Shown piece after piece: positions 17,379 through 24,609 of a stretch of DNA of 42,169 bases. The notes beneath the pieces were generated by a model. That model had not been told where the DNA came from. It did not search any database and worked only from the letters and a program-made list of their open reading frames with translations. The first letter of the stretch is position 1, and each line of letters starts with the position of its first letter. A program made the position numbers and the translations under genes. Origin of the DNA: Patescibacteria group bacterium (lineage in GTDB: Bacteria; Patescibacteriota; Minisyncoccia; Phycocordibacterales; GWA1-40-21); contig JAGWZI010000003.1 of NCBI GenBank assembly GCA_018968925.1, positions 1 through 42,169 on the forward strand, given 5' to 3'.

Positions 17379-18539
17379 ATGAAAATCCTGGCCATCGAGA
17401 CATCCTGCGACGAAACAGCGGTGTGCATCGTCAAAGCGGACGGCGAAGATATCCGCGTCCTCGGCAATGAATTGTATTCGCAAGCGGCGCTTCATGCGCA
17501 GTACGGCGGCGTCTTCCCGAACATGGCAAAACGCGAGCATGCGAAAAATCTCGTTCCCCTGCTTGCAAAATGCCTTGCTGATGCGAAATGCGGCGGCGAA
17601 TCGCGCGCGATTCCCGGCGAAACGAAAGAAAAAATCAAAATCATTCTCGAGCGCGAAGGAAATCTTGCTGACGATCTTCTCATCTTTGCCGAAAAATCGG
17701 TGCGGCCGGATATCGACGCCATCGCCGTGACGAACGGTCCCGGGCTCGAGCCGGCCTTGTGGGTCGGCGTGACGTTTGCAAAATCGCTCGGTATCCTTTG
17801 GGACATGCCCGTCTATCCGATCAATCACCTGGAAGGACATATTTTGGTGGCGGCAATCGAGCGCATCGCGGAAAATGGATTCGCTTTCAAGGAGATCGAA
17901 TATCCGGCGATTGCGCTTCTCGTGTCGGGCGGGCATACGCAGATCGTCCTGAACAAGGCGCCGCTCGCATACAAAATCGTCGGCGACACGAAAGACGACG
18001 CGGCCGGCGAAGCGTTCGACAAGGTCGCGCGCATTCTCGGTCTTCCCTATCCCGGCGGGCCGGAAATCTCGCGTCTTGCGAAAAAGGACCGGGAAGAATT
18101 TCCCGACCAGGAAACGATGTATCCCTTGCCGCGGCCGATGATCCGTTCCGGCGATCTTGATTTCTCTTTTTCCGGACTGAAGACTGCCGTCCTCTACACC
18201 GTGAAAAAAATCCCGAAGATGACCGATGCGACCCGGCAGGAGATCGCCCGCGAATTCGAGGATGCCGCGATCGAAGTTCTCGTCCTCAAGACGCGCCAGG
18301 CCGCCATCGAATATGGCGCGAAGACGATCGTCATGGGCGGCGGCGTGAGCGCAAACGCGAAATTGCGCAGCGATCTCGCGAAACTCGCAGAAGAGCTCTC
18401 CGCAGCGTTCCTCGTCCCCGAAGTGTCGGCTTCGACCGATAACGCGCTCATGATCGGGGTTGCCGCCGCAGTGCGGATCGCACACAGCGCGAAACCGGCC
18501 GCAGATTTCCGCGCCGAGGGCAATCTTTCCCTCAGTTGA
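17379..18539 (+). CDS. tsaD: tRNA threonylcarbamoyltransferase TsaD
   Basis: ILAIETSCDET, HAQYGGVFP, GPGL, NHLEGH, VSGGHT, DDAAGEAFDK, FSFSGLKT, TDNALMI. Confidence 0.97.
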   Translation: MKILAIETSCDETAVCIVKADGEDIRVLGNELYSQAALHAQYGGVFPNMAKREHAKNLVPLLAKCLADAKCGGESRAIPGETKEKIKIILEREGNLADDLLIFAEKSVRPDIDAIAVTNGPGLEPALWVGVTFAKSLGILWDMPVYPINHLEGHILVAAIERIAENGFAFKEIEYPAIALLVSGGHTQIVLNKAPLAYKIVGDTKDDAAGEAFDKVARILGLPYPGGPEISRLAKKDREEFPDQETMYPLPRPMIRSGDLDFSFSGLKTAVLYTVKKIPKMTDATRQEIAREFEDAAIEVLVLKTRQAAIEYGAKTIVMGGGVSANAKLRSDLAKLAEELSAAFLVPEVSASTDNALMIGVAAAVRIAHSAKPAADFRAEGNLSLS

Positions 18540-18581
18540 AATGACCCTTGACTTTCCGGCACTCCGGAGTATTCTTGCCTT

Positions 18582-18890
18582 CGCACGGGCGCGGTGAAGG
18601 ATTCATGCTCCTAGCCGCAATGTCCGGGCTTATGCAGAACAGCAGTACCTTAAAAGGGACCGCATAAGCGATCCTGCGGAATAATCTGCGGCGCATTCCT
18701 TGTCGGCCTGAAAGCCTGCTCGAAATGTCAAGCATTTGGTGGCTCTCTGTCATTATCAGCCGCCGGTGTCAGCTGCAATCCGCGAAACGACAGGGCGCAT
18801 TTCCCGGCTTCGAGCCCAAGACTCGAGCCAATGGAAGCGCCCTTCCTCAAGCCCCTGCGACCACCTCTCTCCGGTCGCATGGGGCTTTTT
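18582..18890 (+). ncRNA. Candidate structured ncRNA (~305 nt), family unassigned
   Basis: TTGACT-16-TATTCT promoter (18548-18575), a long rod hairpin 18586-18710, further hairpins and a terminal terminator; no credible ORF. Confidence 0.55.
18849..18890 (+). terminator. Intrinsic terminator upstream of valS
   Basis: AAGCCCC-TGCGACC...GGTCGCA-t-GGGGCTT followed by TTT. Confidence 0.7.
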
Positions 18891-18928
18891 CATTTCCAAA
18901 ATCGCCTTATTTTGCTATGCTGTTTCCC

Positions 18929-21124
18929 ATGAATGAGAAGTTCTTGAAACCCTACAACCCGCAGGAAACCGAAGGAAGGATTTACAAGCTCTGGGAAACC
19001 TCCGGCTATTTCAATCCCGATAAACTGCCGGCAGACCACAAGGATCCGTACACGATCATGATGCCGCCGCCGAACGTCACCGGCGTCCTCCACATGGGAC
19101 ATGCCATGATGATAACGATCGAAGATATCATGATCCGCTACAAAAGAATGCGCGGGTATAAGACGCTCTGGCTGCCGGGCACCGACCACGCCGCCATTGC
19201 CACGCAATCGCGCGTCGAGAAGGACATCAAGAAAGCGGAGGACAAATCGCGCTACGATCTCGGCCGCGAGGAACTTCTGCGCCGGATCGACGCATTTGCC
19301 AAGCAAAGCCACGACACGATCATCTCCCAGCTCAAAGTCTTCGGCGCGTCATGCGACTGGTCGCGCGAAGCGTTCACGCTCGACGAGAAGCGCAACCTTG
19401 CCGTCCGCACGATCTTCAAGAAAATGTACGACGACGGCCTTATTTATCGCGGCAATCGTATCGTGAACTGGGACCCGAAAGGTCAGACGACGATTTCCGA
19501 CGACGAGATCGTCTACGAGGAACGCGACGCAAAATTCTACACGTTCAAGTATTCCAAGGACTTTCCCATTTCCATTTCCACCACGAGGCCGGAAACAAAA
19601 GTCGGCGACACCGCGGTCGCCGTGCACCCGGACGATCTGCGATACCAGAAATATATTGGGAAGGAATATGATGCGGTTTTCTGCGGCGTGCCGATCCATA
19701 TAAAAATCATCGCGGACAAATCCGTCGAGAAGGATTTCGGCACGGGCGCGCTTGGCGTCACGCCGGCGCATTCCAAGATCGACTGGGAAATGGGAGAGAA
19801 AAATCATTTGCCGATCATCCAGGTCATCGACGAGAAAGCCCGCATGATGGTCGGCGATGAACGCCTGATGGGCAAGAAAGTCACCGAAGCCCGCGAAGTG
19901 ATCGTGGAATGGCTCAAATCCGAAGGACTTTTGGAAAAAGAAGAAACAATCAAGCAGAACGTCTCGACCGCCGAACGCACGGGCGGCATCGTGGAACCCC
20001 TGCCAAAACTCCAGTGGTTCGTGGCTGTTGATAAAAAATTTAATATTGAAAAGAAAAACAACAGCGGTATGTTCCCTACCGGCATGAAAGAAGCGTCTTT
20101 GAAAGACATACTCTGGCACGCAGTCAAACCAAATCAAATTAATATTATTCCTGAATATTTTTCAAAAACATATTTTCATTGGACTGAAAAATTAAACGAT
20201 TGGTGCATCTCGCGCCAGATCTGGTACGGCCATCGGATTCCTGTCTGGTACAAAGGCGAGCAAATCTATTGTGGTACCGAAGCGCCGAAAGGCGACGGTT
20301 GGACGCAGGATGAAGACACGCTCGACACCTGGTTTTCCTCGGCGCTGTGGACGTTTTCCACGCTCGGCTGGCCGGAGCAAACGAAAGATCTCGCTATGTA
20401 CCATCCGACAGACGTCCTTGAAACCGGCTACGAGATCATTTTCTTTTGGGTCGCCCGCATGATCATGATGACCGGCTACGCGCTCGGCACAATTCCCTTC
20501 AAGACGGTGTATCTTCACGGCACCGTGCGCGACGCGAAAGGCCGCAAGATGTCAAAATCGCTCGGCAACGGCATCGATCCCCTTGATATCGCGGCGAAGT
20601 TCGGCGCGGACGCCGGCCGCATGGCGCTCGTCGTCGGCAACGCGCCGGGTACGGACAGCAAGATCTCCGAAGACAAGATCAAAGGCTACAAGAATTTCTC
20701 AAACAAGGTCTGGAACATCGCCCGCTTCATCCAGGAAGGAACCGCCGGCACCGCGTATGATCCGAAATTTACCTCGTTCACTCCGGATGAAGAGCACGCG
20801 CGCGAAGAGCGCAGGGCGTTCATCGCGGACATGACGCGCGACATGGAAGAATTCCGCTTCTATATGGCGAGCGAGAAGATCTACCATTACGTCTGGCACA
20901 CGCTCGCCGACGTCATCCTGGAGGACAGCAAAAAGATCTTCAAGGACGGCGCGGAGGAGGCGAAAATATCGCGCAAACAGTTCCTGCTTGAAACGCTCGA
21001 GATCTGCCTCAAACTGCTTCATCCGTTTATGCCGTTTTTGACCGAAGAGATCTGGCAACTCACCGGCAAGAGGAATCTGCTCATGATCGAAACCTGGCCG
21101 ATAGCGAAAGAAACCGATGCATAG
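18929..21124 (+). CDS. valS: Valine--tRNA ligase (lacks C-terminal coiled coil)
   Basis: PPPNVTGVLHMGH, PGTDHAAIATQ, TTRPET, DWCISRQIWYGH, DTWFSS, KMSKS, LHPFMPFLTEE; 731 aa from ATG 18929. Confidence 0.97.
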   Translation: MNEKFLKPYNPQETEGRIYKLWETSGYFNPDKLPADHKDPYTIMMPPPNVTGVLHMGHAMMITIEDIMIRYKRMRGYKTLWLPGTDHAAIATQSRVEKDIKKAEDKSRYDLGREELLRRIDAFAKQSHDTIISQLKVFGASCDWSREAFTLDEKRNLAVRTIFKKMYDDGLIYRGNRIVNWDPKGQTTISDDEIVYEERDAKFYTFKYSKDFPISISTTRPETKVGDTAVAVHPDDLRYQKYIGKEYDAVFCGVPIHIKIIADKSVEKDFGTGALGVTPAHSKIDWEMGEKNHLPIIQVIDEKARMMVGDERLMGKKVTEAREVIVEWLKSEGLLEKEETIKQNVSTAERTGGIVEPLPKLQWFVAVDKKFNIEKKNNSGMFPTGMKEASLKDILWHAVKPNQINIIPEYFSKTYFHWTEKLNDWCISRQIWYGHRIPVWYKGEQIYCGTEAPKGDGWTQDEDTLDTWFSSALWTFSTLGWPEQTKDLAMYHPTDVLETGYEIIFFWVARMIMMTGYALGTIPFKTVYLHGTVRDAKGRKMSKSLGNGIDPLDIAAKFGADAGRMALVVGNAPGTDSKISEDKIKGYKNFSNKVWNIARFIQEGTAGTAYDPKFTSFTPDEEHAREERRAFIADMTRDMEEFRFYMASEKIYHYVWHTLADVILEDSKKIFKDGAEEAKISRKQFLLETLEICLKLLHPFMPFLTEEIWQLTGKRNLLMIETWPIAKETDA

Positions 21125-21890
21125 CGAGGCGCTCTCGTTCGTCATAGCGTTCCTCGGCGGATTCCTGCCGTCCTTCGTCTGGCTTTTTTTCTGGAACGAG
21201 GAAAAGAAATCGGCGGAACCGCTCCGCGCCCTCATCCTCGCTTTCGCCGGCGGCATGGCGGCGGTTTTCATCTCGCTCTTCCTCGAAAAAACCGTTTACA
21301 ACATCGACCCGAACGCGATCTCGCATGGCGCCCTCTGGCAGGCGTTCCTGTCATGGGCAAAAGCGGTCGCAAATATGAAAAATGTGGCGCTCGGCCAGTT
21401 CCTCCTCGTGACGCTTTTCGCGCCGATCATCGAGGAAACGCTCAAATTCCTCGCGGCATACCTGCTCGTCCTGCGTAGCCGCGATGACGAGGAACCGATC
21501 GATCCGGTCATCTTCATGATCACCACGGCGCTCGGCTTTGCCGCCGTCGAGAACATGCTCTTTCTCCTCGATCCGCTGACCCAATCGAGCCTCCACGTCT
21601 CGATCTATACCGGCAACATGCGCTTTGTCGGCGCCATGCTCCTCCATACCGTCTCGTCGGCCACCATCGGCCTCTTCATCGGTTTCAATTTCTTCGATAC
21701 GAAGATCGAGGAGTATTTCTGGGGCTTTACCGGCCTTGTCGCCGCCATTCTCATCCACTCGCTCTTCAACTTCTTCATGATCGGTTCGAACTCGCTCGTC
21801 GTCTTGGAAGGAATCTGGATCAGTGTTATCATGGTCTTGTTCATCATCGAGAAGGTGAAACGGATCCGGCTCGAGAAGATCGAAAAATAG
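21117..21890 (+). CDS. PrsW-family intramembrane metalloprotease
   Basis: IEETLK, ALGFAAVEN, LLHT, IHSLFN motifs in a polytopic protein; overlaps the valS stop. Confidence 0.9.
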   Translation: MHSEALSFVIAFLGGFLPSFVWLFFWNEEKKSAEPLRALILAFAGGMAAVFISLFLEKTVYNIDPNAISHGALWQAFLSWAKAVANMKNVALGQFLLVTLFAPIIEETLKFLAAYLLVLRSRDDEEPIDPVIFMITTALGFAAVENMLFLLDPLTQSSLHVSIYTGNMRFVGAMLLHTVSSATIGLFIGFNFFDTKIEEYFWGFTGLVAAILIHSLFNFFMIGSNSLVVLEGIWISVIMVLFIIEKVKRIRLEKIEK

Positions 21891-21917
21891 TGCGATTACC
21901 AATTTTCATGCACATTG

Positions 21918-22358
21918 ATGGCAAAAAAATCATTTTTTGAGAAGCTGACGGGCATGGTGCGGGCGGATGAGGATGAGCGCGAAGGCGACGAACTTTCCCC
22001 CGTCCTGACCGACGCCGAGGAAGAAACCGATGGCGAGCTTGCCGTCGACATGTACCAGACGCCGTCCGAAGTGGTCATCAAGACGATGGTCGCCGGCGTC
22101 CGGCCGGAGGATCTCGACATCTCCATCACCCGCGACATGGTGACGATCAAAGGCCATCGCGAGGACACGCGCGAAGCGTCGGACGAGGATTTCTTCCACA
22201 AAGAACTCTACTGGGGCTCGTTCTCCCGCACGATCACCCTGCCCGCCGAGATCGAAGTCGAGGAAGCCGAAGCGACGAACAAGAACGGCCTTCTCACCCT
22301 TACCCTGCCAAAAATCGACCGCAACAAACAGGCGAAAGTGAAGATCAAGAGCGTCTAG
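21918..22358 (+). CDS. Hsp20/alpha-crystallin small heat shock protein
   Basis: LAVDMYQT..VAGVRPEDLDI..ELYWGSFSRTITLP..NGLLTLTLPK. Confidence 0.93.
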   Translation: MAKKSFFEKLTGMVRADEDEREGDELSPVLTDAEEETDGELAVDMYQTPSEVVIKTMVAGVRPEDLDISITRDMVTIKGHREDTREASDEDFFHKELYWGSFSRTITLPAEIEVEEAEATNKNGLLTLTLPKIDRNKQAKVKIKSV

Positions 22359-22360
22359 CG

Positions 22361-22386
22361 AAAACCGCCCGTACGGGCGGTTTTTT
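22361..22386. terminator. Bidirectional intrinsic terminator
   Basis: AAAACCGCCC-gtac-GGGCGGTTTTTT. Confidence 0.78.
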
Positions 22387-22390
22387 CATG

Positions 22391-22463
22391 TGTCAGGAGC
22401 CGGGTTCGAACCGGCGACCCTTCGCTCTTCAGGCGAATGCTCTACCAACTGAGCTATCCTGAC
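22391..22463 (-). tRNA. tRNA-Phe(GAA)
   Basis: GTCAGGA/TCCTGAC acceptor stem, TTCGC-ctGAAga-GCGAA, GGTTCGAACCC. Confidence 0.96.
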
Positions 22464-22471
22464 ATTTCTTG

Positions 22472-22537
22472 ATGTTATCCACCAAAACAGCTATCCTGAA
22501 ATACGCTAATGTTATCAGCCAAAACAGTTATCCTGAC
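22472..22537 (-). repeat. Two 37-bp-period degenerate copies of the tRNA-Phe 5' end
   Basis: - strand GTCAGGA-TAACTGTTTTGGCTGATAACAT and TTCAGGA-TAGCTGTTTTGGTGGATAACAT precede tRNA GTCAGGA-TAGCTCAGTTGGTAG. Confidence 0.8.
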
Positions 22538-22599
22538 GGACTCTTGCAAACAAAATTCCAGCGAGAAAATACTACACTATTTCCCCTCTTTTTTCCAGC

Positions 22600-22878
22600 C
22601 TATTTCTTCGTGCTCGTGCCGAAGCCGGGGATCTTGCTCGTGATCTCCTTCACGTTGCCAAGATCGGTGACGATGCTCGAATAGGTCCGCAAAACGGTGT
22701 CGACGTACGGCTCGAGATAATAGAACCCGCCGACCGCGACGCCGATGATGAGAATCCAATAGACGGAAGTCAAAAATACCGACCAGCGGTGGGCGTTGCG
22801 CAAGCTGCGGAGAATCTTGTTGTTCTCTTCGGCAAGCTCGGTCATGCGCTCGAACAGCTGTTTCTGATACGGGTCCAT
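22600..22878 (-). CDS. Hypothetical single-TM protein
   Basis: LAEENNKILRSLR helix followed by one TM helix (VFLTSVYWILIIGVAVGGFYYL). Confidence 0.75.
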   Translation of the reverse strand: MDPYQKQLFERMTELAEENNKILRSLRNAHRWSVFLTSVYWILIIGVAVGGFYYLEPYVDTVLRTYSSIVTDLGNVKEITSKIPGFGTSTKK

Positions 22879-23453
22879 TATATCCGCTCGATCAAGCCGC
22901 TAATGCTGCCCGGATAGCTGAAGTTCAGCGTGCCCGACGGCAAGAGGACGAAATACGCGTTCGTCGTGTTGAAGCCGGCGGTCAGATTCTTCACTTCCAC
23001 CATGGCGAATCCTCCCGAATAAACGAGGAAAAAGGATGTCGACGGCGTCTGCGGATATTTTGCGATGACCGCTTTTTCAAGATCGGCGACGGAGGAGATC
23101 GATACGGTGCCCGGAAATTCGCTCGCACCCGGCCAGTAGTAAAGTTTCATGCCGACGCCCACCTGCTCCGTCCGCGGACCGAAGTACACGAGACTGCCGT
23201 CATTCGTTTTCGTGTTCATGATCCACGTGCTCGGATGCGGATTGGCGAACGAGAAGCCGAGCGCACGGTTGTAATATACGTTCGCCGACACTTTGACCGT
23301 CGAACTTGCCGCCGCCGCAGACGATGTCGATGCGGTCGACGTGGCATTTGCGCCGGTCGACGGCGAGCCGCCCGCGCTCAAAACGACAATTATGATAAGA
23401 ATGATCACTACCGCCGCAATGACAAGATACACTGGTTGAAAATATTTTTTCAT
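22878..23453 (-). CDS. Hypothetical membrane-anchored secreted protein
   Basis: N-terminal TM, Ser/Thr/Ala linker, YYNRALGFSF..P..W motif (PsbP-like start). Confidence 0.7.
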   Translation of the reverse strand: MKKYFQPVYLVIAAVVIILIIIVVLSAGGSPSTGANATSTASTSSAAAASSTVKVSANVYYNRALGFSFANPHPSTWIMNTKTNDGSLVYFGPRTEQVGVGMKLYYWPGASEFPGTVSISSVADLEKAVIAKYPQTPSTSFFLVYSGGFAMVEVKNLTAGFNTTNAYFVLLPSGTLNFSYPGSISGLIERI

Positions 23454-23485
23454 GGCATTCACATTATACCACCTTCCCGGCCGTG

Positions 23486-23557
23486 TGCCACCAGTTGGAA
23501 TCGAACCAACATCTATCCCTTAGGACGGGACTGTTCTATCCATTGAACTATGGCGGC
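23486..23557 (-). tRNA. tRNA-Arg(CCT)
   Basis: GCCGCCA/TGGTGGC acceptor stem, GTCCC-gtCCTaa-GGGAT, GGTTCGATTCC. Confidence 0.94.
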
Positions 23558-23622
23558 AGTGCGCCGACTATACCATGAAAAATAAGCCAAAGAAACATCC
23601 GCCTTTTCGGCGGATGATCTCC

Positions 23623-23868
23623 CTATTTGATGTTGAGGAGCTGTCGGAGGCGGTCTTCGTCAAAACCGAGGACGAGCTCGTTGTCCACATAGATGACCGG
23701 TACGCCCATCTGGCCGGACTTCTGGATCATCTCCTTGCGGCGGGCGAGATCGGACCCGACATCGTACGATTCGTAGGCGATCTTGTTTTCCTTGAAGAAA
23801 TCCTTCGCCGTATTGCACCAGTGGCATGTCGGTGTTGAATAAATGGTCACTTTTTTCGTCTGGGCCAT
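23623..23868 (-). CDS. Glutaredoxin-like (NrdH-redoxin family) protein
   Basis: IYSTPTCHWC..SGQMGVPVI..GFD. Confidence 0.92.
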   Translation of the reverse strand: MAQTKKVTIYSTPTCHWCNTAKDFFKENKIAYESYDVGSDLARRKEMIQKSGQMGVPVIYVDNELVLGFDEDRLRQLLNIK

Positions 23869-23905
23869 GTGATTATTTGGTTACCTTTTTAGTATATCAC
23901 ATTTT

Positions 23906-24041
23906 GTGCGGGTAGCGAATCGGTCACAGGTTTTCGCGTGCTCGCGAAACCCGCGACCCTGCCTCACTCGCCTTCGCTCGTTCCGGCTTTCGATTCTCGC
24001 TACAAAAGCTTCGCTTTTTAGTGCGGGTAGCGAGAATCGAA
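23906..24041. repeat. tRNA-Gly 3'-associated element (direct plus inverted repeat of the tRNA end)
   Basis: GTGCGGGTAGCGA at 23906-23918 and 24021-24033; TTCGATTCTCGCTAC (23989-24003) is the reverse complement of 24027-24041. Confidence 0.8.
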
Positions 24042-24092
24042 CTCGCATATCAACCTTGGGAAGGTCGCATTCTGCCACTAAATTATACCCGC
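24022..24092 (-). tRNA. tRNA-Gly(CCC)
   Basis: GCGGGTA/TACCCGC acceptor stem, CGACC-ttCCCaa-GGTTG, AGTTCGATTCT T-arm. Confidence 0.95.
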
Positions 24093-24470
24093 TTATTTGA
24101 ATAAATGAAGAAACTTCTGCCAAAGGCTCGTCGATGTCGGCGCGAGGGATGCGGCCGATGCCGTCGCGCCGACGACCACGACGACCGCTTCGCCGGGTTT
24201 GGCCACGGAAAACTTGTCGCGGATCTCCTCGTCCTGCCCGACCGGCGTGCCGAGGCGCGAGACTTCCGATCCTAGCACGGCTTGGCGCTGTTTCAAGCCG
24301 TCGTATTCGGCGAGCACCGAGGCATAATCTGTGGCGCTCACCTCTTCGGTCGCGTAGATACGATACGTCGCCCGGGCGAGCAGGATGACGGCGACGAGAA
24401 GGACGAACAGCGTGAGACGCGAGTAGATGACCTTGCGGACTTTGCGTTTTTCTTGAAAATCGAGCGCCAT
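24093..24470 (-). CDS. Septum formation initiator family protein (FtsB/DivIC-like)
   Basis: Basic N-terminus, TM, coiled coil, EEIRDKFSVAKPGE motif; start could also be 24476. Confidence 0.82.
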   Translation of the reverse strand: MALDFQEKRKVRKVIYSRLTLFVLLVAVILLARATYRIYATEEVSATDYASVLAEYDGLKQRQAVLGSEVSRLGTPVGQDEEIRDKFSVAKPGEAVVVVVGATASAASLAPTSTSLWQKFLHLFK

Positions 24471-24492
24471 TGGCATATAGTATACACCAGTT

Positions 24493-24606
24493 ATGAGCAT
24501 CCTGTTCCACAAGAAAACACGGAAAGCGCTGAACGTCTTCATGATCGTTCTCACGTCGCTTGTCATTCTCGGCATGGTTTTGCTTTACACGCCGATCGGC
24601 AGGTAA
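24493..24606 (+). CDS. Small single-TM protein (37 aa)
   Basis: MSILFHKKTRKALNVFMIVLTSLVILGMVLLYTPIGR*; basic patch plus TM; fills the gap between the ftsB-like gene and lepA; below the ORF-track cutoff. Confidence 0.7.
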   Translation: MSILFHKKTRKALNVFMIVLTSLVILGMVLLYTPIGR

Positions 24607-24609
24607 AAG

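Noticed and set aside
18582-18928. T-box riboswitch upstream of valS
   Set aside because: Position and terminator fit, but there is no GGTGGNACC antiterminator consensus or clear Val specifier loop, and valS has its own -10. Kept only as an unassigned RNA.
18725-18928. N-terminal extensions in the ORF track (valS, ftsZ, ABC genes, DUF488, 26930-28057)
   Set aside because: Downstream ATGs match family N-termini and in several cases sit just behind -10 boxes; the extensions overlap other features.
22472-22537. CRISPR-like mini-array
   Set aside because: Only two imperfect units with about 8-nt gaps, no cas genes, and the repeats derive from the tRNA end.
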